Notes: generated from the sequence alone by a model not told the origin. DNA of 64,000 nucleotides from Antedon mediterranea (GCF_964355755.1 NC_092676.1:30460871-30524870); one strand, 5' to 3'; shown: positions 43,359 through 58,100, counted from the first letter of the stretch. Numbers and translations: made by a program.

Positions 43359-46300
43359 ATGGGAGCAGGAGCATCAAAAAAGGATAAAGAATTAGAACCA
43401 GTGCAACAAGAGAATAAGTGGCTGGTCCTCATCAGTAAATGTCTGAAAGACCTTCCCTTTCCAACAGGTTCTATTACTGAGCAGGTTATCCAGAATGTAA
43501 TCTCTAAAGCAGAACGGGTTGAACTACTTGCAGATCAAGATATCATCAAAAAAGGTCCTATTTATTAGGTTATATGCATTAATGCATATAACCTCTTGAT
43601 TCTGTCAGAATCTTTATTTATTTCTTTATTTATTTATCTATTTATTCTTTCCTTAGCACCATTTGTCCGTCAATTATCTTGATATCAGTTTCATCTAACT
43701 AAGTCAATTTTTCAGAGTATATTCCTTATGGCCAGGAATCGATGTGGTTATGTTTTCACGGTGCGCAATCAAACATTACGCGGTCTACGCGCGATTTAAC
43801 GAAATCACGTTTGTAATCATATCTTCACAAGCATGAATCACTTTTAAACAAAATTTGGTACTCATAAATTTCAGGTCATATTTCATCATATGGCATTACA
43901 ATTACGTGCGTAGCGCATATAACGCATGCGTACGCGCGCTTAAAATGTTCAAAATTGTCAGAATTTATTTTCGATGAAATTAGAGTACGTTTCAGGCAAT
44001 TTTAAGCGTTTAAAAAATTGCCATAAGTGCGCAGATTTTTGCACGCGCACTGCGCGTCAAACGTTATTGCGCACTGTTTTTGTCCGATTACTGTTGTATA
44101 ACCTTTCTTTAACAATATCATCATATTGTATTAACTTTTCAACGCGAAACAGCGTTATACGAGCACGTCAAAAGTGACAGGCTACGCACGTGTACGTTAA
44201 AAAAATGGTGAAAATATGCTAAATTTTAAAATTAATATATATCGTTAGAATTTTTATTTCATTTTCTTGAAGTGTATGTATCATATGTATGATTCATTAT
44301 GAAATTAAGAGAACAAAAGTTGATTAAGTCATCATTAATGGCATATTCAATTTACAAAAATTAATTTCGACAATCAAACAAATTATAACATTTTTTTAGG
44401 CCGAAATAACAAACTTAACATTAACTTTCTTCCTTAAGAAGTTCATATATTAAAGTTAAAAGTATATATTTTGACAGTGCATTATTTTTAAAAATCTTTA
44501 AAGATGTCATCATAGTAAAACATTCATTGTGGTATGTAATAATCTATCTGCACCAAAATGGTTACTGCATAGTAAATACACGGAGGTATATTTCCATAAT
44601 TTTTAGTCAGTTGTGTATGGCTCGGTGGTCTTTGCTCGTGTCTATAGCATTCAAGGTACCGAGTTCGAGTCTCACCTTGGGAAACGAAACGAAATAAAAA
44701 AAATTTTTATTATCCGTATTGTTTTGTTCAATTGTATTTCTTAGTGTATAGATTATACAGATGATTTGAAATTTATTTAAAAACACAAAATTTGTGTTTT
44801 TAAATAAATTTCAAATCATCTGTATAATCTATACACTAAGAAATACAATTGAACAAAACAATACGGATAATAAAAATTTTTTTTATTTCGTTTCGTTTAG
44901 GATTATGATACCGGCTATTGTATTTGCGTTAGCAAGATCCTATCATATTATAAATAACTAAAGATTCTGAGAAAATCAATCAATTAAAATATCTTAAATC
45001 AATCAATTATCTTTATTTACATCAATGCATATAACCTATAATTCGTCATAGTGACGAATTAAATCTAGTTATAATTTTCATTGTTATATAATTTTAAATT
45101 CCCTGTTATACAGTAAGTAATGGAGTTGGATAGCCGAGTGGTTAGGACACTTGACTGTCATACAGATAGACCCGGGTTCAATTCCCTAAAACTCCCAGTC
45201 CACTCAGCTGTAAATGAGTACCTAGTTGAAAATACTAGGGAGAAAAAAGGCGGCGTAGAAAGGAACTGGCCACCCTACCACATAATGCCGAGGTACAATG
45301 AGCTCCTAACAGCTTATTCCCCTACGTTCAGAATGAACACGGGACTCACCTTTACCTTTACAGTAACTCATCTGCGTCGCAAGACCAATTCTGCTGTCCT
45401 TGAATATTATAACCATATCATGATCTATGGACATATTTATTGTTTTTTAATATATTGTTTGTATTTATAATAGTTATTTATATATTCTTTCAGGTCAAAG
45501 ATCAACTGGCATTTATATTATATTATCGGGTGAAGTTCATGTTTTATCCTCTACTGCCACCACACTTGCAACATTGTTACCTGGTGATTTCTTTGGTGAA
45601 ATCAGCACTCTATTTTATATTCCTTGTACAGCTCATGTTAAAACCAAATCAAAGTATGTTATCTTGAAATTCACTTAGAATTTAAAGGAAATGCATTTAT
45701 CAACATTTTTATGGTCTGGTGGGTAGTATTAACAATAAAATGTCTTAGAGGTGGCCTATTGTAGATATCACCATTTATTATAATAACAGTACAATCTATT
45801 TTTATCATTAACAATAGAGCTGTATTAATTTTATTGAAGACTGAGAATTTACAGAGGTCATTAAATGATATTGTTGTTAATATGGACATGGCTGCTTATT
45901 ATGTATCTAAGCGTTACTTAGATACCAATGGTACACTTAGCCAGCCAGAACTCATGCATCGCATCGCAGTTTCTGCACTCAAGCAGGTAAAATATTGCTT
46001 TATGAGTCAAAATATCATACAGGTTATTAACATTTTATCGTCTATTTTCTCATTATTTTGTTACTAACAAATTATCCCCCCTTTTTGACTAGTGTGTAAA
46101 TAGAATTGGCTTCCGATCTCTATGATAATGTGTAAAGGGTATTTTCTTGTATAGATTCCAATGTTTCAAAATTGGGCAGAAAGTGCAACTGAGAGTTTAG
46201 TACAAATGATAGAGACAGATAGCTATGAAAGTTTGGTAATATTTCCAGCAGGGTCAGTAATACAGCAGCTAGGCCAACCAGCCAACGAAATAACAGTGAT

Positions 46301-49300
46301 TACTAGAGGAAGGTATGTTGCAGCATACTCTAATTTTATATACATTCACCACAAATTTGTATTTTTGTTTCTGATGATAATTTAGGTATACATACAATAA
46401 ATCATTATTAATGGTACAGTATATGTGATAGTATTAATTGTTACAAACAATTGGTCATTTCAAATTGGCAATAATTATGGAAATTAAACTTTAAAAAGCA
46501 TAAAACACCAGTCCTACTAATAACAAATCTACTACCGGCGGAGAGTAGAAATCACTTATTAATGGCAAATTAAAGACAAAAATAATTTAGCATTTTAAAG
46601 TAGGTGGCTACACCATGATATTGATATTTTATGTAGAAGGACCCCAGTGGTGTTTAGTACAACTGATTGAATAAAAGACTTATTGTATATAATAATAAGT
46701 TGATTGCTGATACCTACTGTAAATGATTTTGTTTTTTTTAAAGTGTTGAGCTTCAACATAGCAGTGGAAAGGTGAATTTAAATGTTAAACGTTGGCCAAT
46801 TTGGATTGCTGAAGAAGGTAAAATTTTGTAAAATCAGATTCACTCATCCCATCTAGTTTGTTTTATATCTGGATCAATTTTGAAAAAAAAACATTATATA
46901 TACCATTTGTACACCATTGGCCTAACATAATGCAATTATATATACCATTTGTTCACCATTGACCTAACATAATGCAATTATATATACCATTTGTACACCA
47001 TTGGCCTAACATAATGCAATTATATATACCATTTGTACACCATTGGCCTAACATAATGCAATTATATATACCATTTGTACACCATTGGCCTAACATAATG
47101 CAATTATATATACCATTTGTACACCATTGGCCTAACATAATGCAATTATATATACCATTTGTACACCATTGGCCTAACATAATGTAATTATATATACCAT
47201 TTGTACACCATTGGCCTAACATAATGCAATTATATATACCATTTGTACACCATTGGCCTAACATAATGCAATTATATATACCATTTGTACACCATTGGCC
47301 TAACATAATGCAATTATATATACCATTTGTACACCATTGGCCTAACATAATGCAATTATATATACCATTTGTACACCATTGGCCTAACATAATGCAATTA
47401 TATATACCATTTGTACACCATTGGCCTAACATAATGCAATTATATATACCATTTGTACACCATTGGCCTAACATAATGCAATTATATATACCATTTGTAC
47501 ACCATTGGCCTAACATAATGCAATTATATATACCATTTGTACACCATTGGCCTAACATAATGCAATTATATATACCATTTGTACACCATTGGCCTAACAT
47601 AATGCAATTATATATACCATTTGTACACCATTGGCCTAACATAATGCAATTATATATACCATTTGTACACCATTGGCCTAACATAATGCAATTATATATA
47701 CCATTTGTACACCATTGGCCTAACATAATGCAATTATATATACCATTTGTACACCATTGGCCTAACATAATGCAATTATATATACCATTTGTACACCATT
47801 GGCCTAACATAATGCAATTATATATACCATTTGTACACTATTGGCCTAACATAATACAATTATATATACCATTTGTACACCATTGGCCTAACATAATGCA
47901 ATTATATATATACCATTTGTACACCATTGGCCTAACATAATGCAATTATATATACCATTTGTACACCATTGGCCTAACATAATGCAATTATATATACCAT
48001 TTGTACACTATTGGCCTAACATAATACAATTATATATACCATTTGTACACCATTGGCCTAACATAATGCAATTATATATACCATTTGTACACTATTGGCC
48101 TAACATAATGCAATTATATATACCATTTGTACACCATTGGCCTAACATAATGCAATTATATATACCATTTGTACACTATTGGCCTAACATAATACAATTA
48201 TATATACCATTTGTACACCATTGGCCTAACATAATGCAATTATATATACCATTTGTACACCATTGGCCTAACATAATGCAATTATATATACCATTTGTAC
48301 ACCATTGGCCTAACATAATGCAATTATATATACCATTTGTACACCATTGGCCTAACATAATGCAATTATATATACCATTTGTACACTATTGGCCTAACAT
48401 AATACAATTATATATATACCATTTGTACACCATTGGCCTAACATAATGCAATTATATATACCATTTGTACACCATTGGCCTAACATAATGCAATTATATA
48501 TACCATTTGTACACCATTGGCCTAACATAATGCAATTATATATACCATTTGTACACCATTGGCCTAACATAATGCAATTATATATACCATTTGTACACCA
48601 TTGGCCTAACATAATGCAATTATATATACCATTTGTACACCATTGGCCTAACATAATGTAATTATATATACCATTTGTACACCATTGGCCTAACATAATG
48701 CAATTATATATACCATTTGTACACCATTGGCCTAACATAATGCAATTATATATACCATTTGTACACCATTGGCCTAACATAATGCAATTATATATACCAT
48801 TTGTACACCATTGGCCTAACATAATGCAATTATATATACCATTTGTACACCATTGGCCTAACATAATGCAATTATATATACCATTTGTACACCATTGGCC
48901 TAACATAATGCAATTATATATACCATTTGTACACCATTGGCCTAACATAATGCAATTATATATACCATTTGTACACCATTGGCCTAACATAATGCAATTA
49001 TATATACCATTTGTACACCATTGGCCTAACATAATGCAATTATATATACCATTTGTACACCATTGGCCTAACATAATGCAATTATATATACCATTTGTAC
49101 ACCATTGGCCTAACATAATGCAATTATATATACCATTTGTACACCATTGGCCTAACATAATGCAATTATATATACCATTTGTACACCATTGGCCTAACAT
49201 AATGCAATTATATATACCATTTGTACACCATTGGCCTAACATAATGCAATTATATATATACCATTTGTACACCATTGGCCTAACATAATGCAATTATATA

Positions 49301-50903
49301 TACCATTTGTACACCATTGGCCTAACATAATGCAATTACTATTATGTCTATTCTATATAATTTAAATAAATAAATAAATAAATAAATAATATAATTTAAA
49401 TAAACTATTTGCCAGATTCACAAAAGTTCTGTCGCCAAGTTTATGGTTTATAAATGTATATTACACCAATTTATTACACTAAACTGTCTATTAAACCTTG
49501 AATTAATATAATTGTTTAATATAATATAATTTCAGTTCTGATTCTGTCAGGGAACTTAGGAAAATGATTGTGTATGTATTTCAGGTTTGTACTCTGGTGT
49601 TGATCGTCAGTATAGTGTAAAAGCATCCACTGTATGTCAAGCTATCATCATAAATAATTCACACATAACAGATATTGCTGACAGGGTGAGTCAACTTAAA
49701 ATGTTATTTCAATATATTTATAATTTTAGAATGTGTAATCTCTCTAATTTCAATTTATTGCTTATTTTTTTTAGTACAAATCAGGTGCTGGTTTAACATT
49801 GACGAAAACTTTAGATCAGTGGAGCAAATTATATGAACGATGGTCTCCTGAATTATTTAAAAAATATCAAGCACATTTACAAATAGAGGTAAGTAGAGAA
49901 GCTGAATATTCTTTAATAATGCCTTTTAATTTTGTTGTTAAATCTAACCTATTTGCATCTTTTTCCAGACAATTTTAAAATACGTTGGTGATTGTCAATT
50001 ATTACAAGATGTTCCAGTGGGTTTTCTTTATTCTTTGGTTATAGCAAGTGCTGTACATGAATACCAGGAAGACATAACAATTGTAGGTAAGGATTATTTG
50101 GGTTATTACAACATCAATTGAGTTTGCTGTAGGAGTCCCCCTGGGTCTAGCATGTGTGATACGTGTTAAATTGAATTGAATTGAACATCTAAAACAAAGA
50201 CAGTGAAAATCAAATTTCGCTATTTAAAGTACAACTAACATTAAAAATCACCTTATTGTTTAAAAACTAATTTACATACATTTTTACAATTACATGATTC
50301 TTTTACTCTAAAACTATTAAACCAAATAACTAACACTTTATTATGTTGCATTTATTTACAAAGCTGATAAAGACAATCTTAATGCAAGCTTGAAAAGGAG
50401 CAACTCAAAAAGGAAGTCAATGAAAAAAGAATCTGCACAAGGAGGAGTGAGCTCTATCCTGAAACCAGGTCAATTTTATGCAAATGTTGCATCTGATCAT
50501 TTTAAAGAGGAAGACAGATTTTTACTATTATTTGAAGGATCTGTTAAAGTAAAATATTCTGGAAAAAGTTCTGGGAATTTACTTGAAACAGGCAAACTAT
50601 TTTGTAAGTGCCTATTGTAAAAATGTGTAAGCATATAAAATGTTACAGATGTTATTGCCTTATAATTGTCAATAGACAAGTTTATAGAAATAATGAAACA
50701 TTTGATGTGAATAATGACAATATACTAGTTTATATCCTTACTATTTTATTCTTTATACAGACATTCCATCAAGTAAGATGATGCAGTGTACAGTAATTGT
50801 GAAATCTACCGCCATTTTGCTCCGATTTACAGGAACAGTGTTTTTACATACTTGTAAAGACTACCCAAAGGCCATCCTCAACTTACCAAACAAATCAAGG
50901 TGA
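43359..50903 (+). CDS. N-myristoylated protein with three degenerate cyclic-nucleotide-binding domains
   Basis: Exons 43359-43554, 45494-45653, 45818-45986, 46155-46312, 46744-46817, 49585-49685, 49775-49888, 49969-50086, 50364-50603 and 50761-50903 join in frame. It starts MGAGAS. CNBD1: IIKKGQRSTGIYIILSGEV...GDFFGEISTLFYIPCTAHV. CNBD2: IPMFQNW...FPAGSVIQQLGQPANEITVITRGSV...RQYSVKA. CNBD3: FLLLFEGSVKV. Confidence 0.85.
43564..45068 (+). mobile_element. Non-autonomous Helentron/DINE-1-like element in the CNBD gene intron
   Basis: 5' palindrome taggttatatgcatt-aatgcatataacct, then a (TTTA)n microsatellite. 3' subTIR aatgcatataaccta (45024-45038), hairpin taattcgtca-tag-tgacgaatta, then CTAG. 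Confidence 0.8.
44682..44898. repeat. Perfect 217-bp palindrome (108-bp arms, 1-nt loop at 44790)
   Basis: aaacgaaacgaaat...aaaacacaaa-a-tttgtgtttt...atttcgtttcgttt. Confidence 0.95.
45121..45361 (+). mobile_element. tRNA-derived SINE (second family)
   Basis: A box tagccgagtggttagg, B box ggttcaattcc, body gtccactcagctgtaaatgagtacct, and an (ACCTTT)n tail; possible TSD tacagtaa. Confidence 0.8.
46893..49338. repeat. 42-bp intronic satellite, ~58 copies
   Basis: Unit attatatataccatttgtacaccattggcctaacataatgca; very homogeneous. Confidence 0.98.
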
Positions 50904-52155
50904 ATGTGAAGATTTCAATACAAAATCAAGCACAAATGAAAGTGTGTTACTTCCACAATATCCACATTATTTATTGACTTTTACTGATTGTATTGCTGAT
51001 TCTGAGATGATGATTGGAAAAAAGCACTTTGTAATTCTTTTCCAGTTAATGCACAATCAACGGTGAATTGCAAAAATTAATTCTTTATAAATCAAATGTT
51101 GTTAACTTGCTTTTATATAAATATGTCATCTATTTAAGTTTTGAATAAATTTAGTATACTACTATTAGTCTTTAGTTACTAAATGTACAACACAAAAGTA
51201 TATTTATAAACCAAAATGTTGCAGATATTTTCTAGTTCTATCTTCGCCCTGCACTAGAATCTTGTTGAGTATCTGAAATTGTAATAACATTATTAAGTGG
51301 TGTAGCTCTGCGTTGTTCCCATTCAAGTAAGATTGTGTTGATAATTATCTTGTAATGGCCGATCTACTAGTAGTACTATGATTTCAAAACATAAATTGTC
51401 GTGACATCTTTTGGTTGAATGCCATGTTTTTCCTGTTGAAAACTGAATTAAAAGAAAAAGAAATAATTAACAACGTTTACTTGCTTTATTTAAATTCTGA
51501 TAGACCTATACACAGTAAACTATGTGTATATTATTTACTATAGCAAAATGGACAACTTTAATGTGGAGCCTGAACCTGATCCACTACATTTATGTGTATG
51601 TCGACTACTATAAATCATAAGAAGGGCAATGTCTTGTCTTTCTGTTACCAAGTGGTTTCCAAAGAAAAGCTCCTCTAAAAGTAGATAGAACTCGATATTG
51701 ATTTTCTAGATGTGATTATTGACATGCACAGTTTTTATTATATCACAAAATTGTTAGTTTAATCCCAAACAGAAATTGTTTGAGTAAAGGTTTAATAATT
51801 TACAGTCATTGTCATTAAATCACACTAAAAATTATACAATGGATAAACTTCAATTACTTTGTGTCGTTTGTACAATTAGGCCTAGATCATTCCTCTAATA
51901 CCAGCTGGTCATATACTGTTGGGTTATCAGTTGTGTTACGGTACAAATTGCTTCAAACAAGATCTAATTCACATTTTGAAAAAAAACGAAAATCATTCTG
52001 ATAATCAAGTAAAAAAAACATCCAGCCAATCGGATCCATGTATACAAGGGCTCTCATTGATAGGTGTGTGTTGCTGTACGACTCTTGGGTGACGTATGGT
52101 GTGTGGCGGTGTGGGTAATACTGGCTGGTCAACAGAGGGCGTTATTTTAATAAAA

Positions 52156-55100
52156 ATGGCGACTACCAATAAGCAAAACGAGAAGAAATCGGAACAAAAA
52201 ACTGAAAAGAAACAAGGAACAGACCAAGATCGGGAGCTTGTAAGATATATGCGATTAATTATATTTTATAATGTTATACGTGATGGCTGTTTTAAGTTGT
52301 TGTGTGTGTTTATTGTACTTTTACAAACGAAATAACTTTCTGAATATTTGCAGTGTCATGACTCGCATATCACATTGTCATGTTCAGGCACCAAACTTTC
52401 TACTTTGGGTGGGTAGCCAGGGCCCTATAGGCCTAGCCTTGGTAGGGTAAGCCTAGGAGGACATAAGTTAATATCGTACCTGGTTAATCTTTGTCCTAGC
52501 CTCTTTATTTTTAAAAGGCTCTTTGCCTTGCTTGATGTTTTATGTACTGCTCAACTAGCGGATGTTTTCCCTTTTCGCATTTCTTTGTTTGAATTTGTAG
52601 GCCTAAACCTAGGCTAGGCCTAGCCTAGATTTTAGTAATACTAATATTAGTATACCCTATTTACAATACTAGGCCTATTAAAAAGCATTTTATTTAATAC
52701 GACAAGAAACTAAAGTACTGTATGCTAATTTTTACAAAAACCATTTAAAAGTGATTTTTTTTTAGTTTGTAATGTATTGTTGAGAAAAGGAAACCTCTCG
52801 CAATGAACTGAGATGCTGAACTTAATTAAACATGTCTACTCAAATTTTGACACATTTTTCAATTAAGAGAGAAGAAAAACAACAGATATTTCAACTAAAG
52901 CTGTACAGTAACGTCCCATTTCAGATCGGAAGATGTTCACACACAGTCACTGAAGACAATAAAATGTAATTCACAACAAATAATCGACAAGAAATGGATA
53001 AAAAAACAGGAAAATAGAGATAAATGTAGAACTGGTTTATAAAATCTGCCCACCTTGAGCAATACCATCTATTTCTTAAAAGTTTAGATCTGGGATTGCT
53101 ATAGCCTATTACTATCCTTGCGAGTAATGTTTTTGTTTCTTTTTTTTATCTAGTCAGAAGAAGATAAGTTGTTGCAAGATGAACTTAATATGCTTGTTGA
53201 AAGACTTACAGTAAGCAATTTCAATATTTTTACATCCCATTTCATTTTAAATGTGTACAAATAAACCACTTTTTAAAGAAAAAATAGTCTGAGAATTATA
53301 CTTAACTTAAGTTCAATTAAATTATTAATCACTCATTTTCCACAAATTCATTTTATATTCAATTTCTATTTATACTGTATTAATTTACAGGAGGTTGATA
53401 AGACATTGTATAGTCTGTTTTATATTCTATTTCCATTTACAATGTATTTTACAGGAGTCTGATAAAACATTGTATAAACCTGCATTAGAACAGTTGCGCG
53501 TCTTAATCAGGGCTTCAACAAGTTCAATGACCTCAGTTCCTAAGCCACTGAAATTTCTGCATCCTCATTATAGCACATTGATTGCTATTTATGAAAAAAT
53601 CAATGAAGCAGAAAATAAGGTAATAAAATGATTAATAGCATACTTTACATATACAGCATAGCATACAATGCATTGACTCAACACAAAATAATACACCCAC
53701 CAACTCACTATGGGATAATACCTCTACACAAGTTAGATTTTCACATTGTATTTCAGTATCTACACCACTATTGCCTCTACACAGGGGTTAGGGTTAGTAA
53801 CCTGATTGTATGAATTCATTATCCACACTTTCTTCTACACAAATGTATTAACTAATTAAGATTTTGACGTTTCTGATTTTCACCCAAACCACTAATTGGC
53901 AAGTTGCCTCTACACAAATGTATTAACTAATTTAGATTTTCATGTTAAGCGTTCATTACACAAAAGACCACTGCCTCAACTGTATTATTAACAAAATTTC
54001 TATGTAAATTTACAGAAATTTTGTGCAGACATTCTATCCGTTCTGGGTATGACAATGAGTGACAGCAGAGATTGTCTTAAGTACCGTTTACTTGGATCCA
54101 AAGAAGAGATAGGCTCATGGGGTCATGAATATGTCAGGTATTTATTTTCTTTAGGGAGGGAGGAAGTGTTTAAGTGTATTTAAATAATTTGTAGGAAGGT
54201 TACATAGTGCCATGGCTTTTTGATAATATCAGAAATGATGTCCTCCTCACACATAAACTGTGCGCCCATTAGCCCTGATGAAGGAAACTTTTTAGTTTTG
54301 TTTAGCCTTTTGTTTTGTATCTCTATTATTGTTACCCACCTTATTGTTTTTTAGCAATTTGCTTTTGGATTTATATTTATTGTATGTTAAGTAATAGCAA
54401 ACAAGGTAAGTAAATTTACAGTCCTTCAATTAACAAATTAATTGTGTTAATTTTTGTTGTGTTTGTCTAACTAGGCATTTAGCTGGTGAAATTGGCCAAG
54501 CATGGAATGAACTAGAGGATGACAAAAAAACAAATGAAGAAAAAGAGAAACTCCTATATTTGACACGTGAAATAATACCATATCACATGAATCACAATGC
54601 TGAAGCCGAAGCTTGTGACCTGCTAATGGAAATTGATAGACTAGACCTTTTAGAATCATTTGTTGACAATGATGCATTTTCACGTGTGTGTTTGTACTTA
54701 ACAAGGTTAGTAGCATATTGATTGATTGTAATAAAATAATGCAGTGTTCAGCATATCTTGTAACATTATTAAAAGTTATTTTATTATTTATAGTTGTGTT
54801 AACTATGTTCCTGAACCAGAAGATTCAACCTTGCTCCATACAGCTCTTGGAATATTTCGTAAATTTGACCGTTACCCAGAAGCTCTTCGTCTTGCTATTC
54901 GTCTTAACAATATTAAGCTTGTTGAAGAAATATTTACAACATGTAAAGATAGGTATGTCTTTGTGTTTTAGAATGATATGTCTTTGTGTTTTAGAATAGT
55001 ACAACTGGCTTAAATGTTGTGTATGCAGCACATAACTTATCCAATTTTTGTTTCAGAATGGTACAAAAACAAATGGCTTACATGTTAGGTATGCAGCAGA

Positions 55101-58100
55101 TATTCTTGGAACTGAATGAAGAAATGGAAGAATATGATGACCTTGTTGAAATCATGTCAAATTCTCATCTAAATACAAACTTTTTATCACTTGGTAGAGA
55201 GGTTAGTAACTTTCAAACTATGGTTGTGTGTGTGAGTCCATTGGGTTATGTTTGAAAATGCATACAATATAATGTTTTCCTGCGTATCTATGTAACATTG
55301 TTATTTAATTTAAAACTAAAAAATACAAAATCAACATTACATTTTTTAGCTCGACATTATGGAACCAAAAGTCCCGGAGGACATTTATAAAAGTCATCTA
55401 GATTCAAGTAAGTTTGTTTTTCTTTTGTTTGAAAATCTTGCATTATCAATGTTAACAAACAATTTGTTTTAAACAAAATTTGTAGTTTTAAATCAATTTA
55501 TGTACTATATTTATTCGAATAAATGCCTTGAAGCATTTATTGTTGAGGAGGGATTTTTATTTTATCATTATATTTTTATTATGAGCTTTAATAAATTGTG
55601 ATTGTATCTTTAGGATCATCGTTTGGTCAAACATCGTCTCAAGTAGATTCAGCTCGACAGAACTTGTCATCTTCATTTGTTAATGGTTTTGTAAATGCTG
55701 GCTTTGGACAAGACAAGCTTATTACTGAAGATGGAAATAGCTGGATTTATAAAAATAAAGAACATGGTGAGGTCACACATTCTACCATTTTAAGATAGCA
55801 TTCCTGATATTTGCAATTTATTTTATATATGTTTAATTTTTAATGCAATTGTTTTAAAAACTACTTAAGCATTTTGTACTCAGATTGTCTGAAACCAATT
55901 TGAAATTATGTACTTAAACACATTTGACAATGTATAGTCATCATACTATTGTCATTATTGTTAAAGGTATGATGAGTACAACAGCTTCTCTAGGATTGAT
56001 TCTTCTTTGGGATGTGGATGGTGGATTAACCCAAATTGATAAGTATCTTTATTCATCAGATGATTATATTAAGGTAATTTTTTAACTGAATAATTATTTT
56101 ATTATTACTAATTATTTGATACTGCTCATTTATGATAATTAGAATAAGTTAATATCCAAGAGTACAGTTTAACTTAAAATATAAAAAATGCACTCTCCTA
56201 TTTATACACTTGTTTCAGTCTGGTGCACTGCTTGCTTGTGGTATTGTTAACTCAGGAGTGCGAAATGAGTGTGACCCTGCTAGAGCACTCTTGTCTGATT
56301 ATGTTCTGCATAGTAATAATACAATGAGAATAGGAGCCATATTTGGGTAAGTATAAAATGATTAAATAAATGACAAATAATTGCTACAGTTAAATCATTC
56401 CCTTATAAAACTTGACAATGTTAATTTATAAAGATATCCGGTATTCTTAGTTGTACTTTCTACAGCCAGACATTATCTATACTATATGCTTGGGAGTATG
56501 ATCCAACCAACTAACTTAGGATTAATTCATGTTTAATGCAATCCTAGTTTAAATTGGATACTCTATAATTTTCATTTCATACTCAGGCCCCCTGGAACTT
56601 GTTCATTTCATACCCAGGCCCCCTGGAACTTGTTTATTAATTCTTATAAGCTAACACAAAGGGAAGATGGGTAATAGTGCTTCATCAAAACATGCTTCAA
56701 ACATTTTTCATCCATATTTTCCTTGCTTAAATTTATTTTGTTTAGACTTGGTTTGGCTTATGCAGGCTCTAACAGTGAAGATGTACTTGGCTGCCTACTT
56801 CCAGTAATGTCTGATTCTAAGTCTAATATGGAGGTAATAGGAATAACAGCTGTAGCATGTGGTATGATTGCAGTTGGAAGTTGTAATGGGGATGTAACGT
56901 CTACCATTTTACAGACCATGATGGATAAGACCAAATCACGACTGAAAGAAACTCATGCCAGATTCTTAGCCTTGGGGCTTGGCTTAGCTTACCTAGGTAT
57001 GTTTGTTTCAATTTTTATAGACAGCTTAATAATATGTTCTCATCAGTAACAAGCAAACAATGAATGTATCAATATATTGATCTATAAACAGGTAAACAAG
57101 AATCTGTAGATGCTACTCTAGCTGCTTTAGATGTCATTCCAGAACCATTTAAACAGTTTGCTAAGATTCTTGTGGAGGTCTGTGCTTATGCAGGTAATTT
57201 TATGCTACTTGGATACAAACTTATTTCATATATAAAAGGGAAAAAATGAACAAAACATCTTCTGTTTACAGATAGGAGTAATATAACTGAACCCTCAATT
57301 ACATAGGGCACAGGCCTGCTGCTGTTATCTGGTGATTTACAGATAGTAGTAATTTAACTGAACCCTCAATTACATAGGGCACAGGCCTGCTGCTGTTATC
57401 TGGTGATTTACAGATAGGAGTAATATAACTGAACCCTCAATTACATAGGGCACAGGCCTGCTGCTGTTATCTGGTGATTTACAGATAGGAGTAATATAAC
57501 TGAACCCTCAATTACATAGGGCACAGGCCTGCTGCTTTTATCTGATGATTTACAGATAGTAGTAATTTAACTGAACCCTCAATTACATAGGGCACAGGCC
57601 TGCTGCTGTTATCTGGTGATTTACAGATAGGAGTAATATAACTGAACCCTCAATTACATAGGGCACAGGCCTGCTGCTGTTATCTGGTGATTTACAGATA
57701 GGAGTAATATAACTGAACCCTCAATTACATAGGGCACAGGCCTGCTGCTGTTATCTGGTGATTTACAGATAGTAGTAATATAACTGAACCCTCAATTACA
57801 TAGGGCACAGGCCTGCTGCTGTTATCTGGTGATTTACAGATAGTAGTAATATAACTGAACCCTCAATTACATAGGGCACAGGCCTGCTGCTGTTATCTGG
57901 TGATTTACAGATAGTAGTAATATAACTGAACCCTCAATTACATAGGGCACAGGCCTGCTGCTGTTATCTGGTGATTTACAGATAGGAGTAATATAACTGA
58001 ACCCTCAATTACATAGGGCACAGGCCTGCTGCTGTTATCTGGTGTTGTACAGAGAGGAGTAATATAACTGAACCCTCAATTACATAGGGCACAGGCCTGC

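Noticed and set aside
46953-49293. Long 14-aa repeat ORFs on both strands (MQLYIPFVHHWPNI / MLGQWCTNGIYNCI)
   Set aside because: These are by-products of a 42-bp satellite lying wholly within an intron of the CNBD gene.
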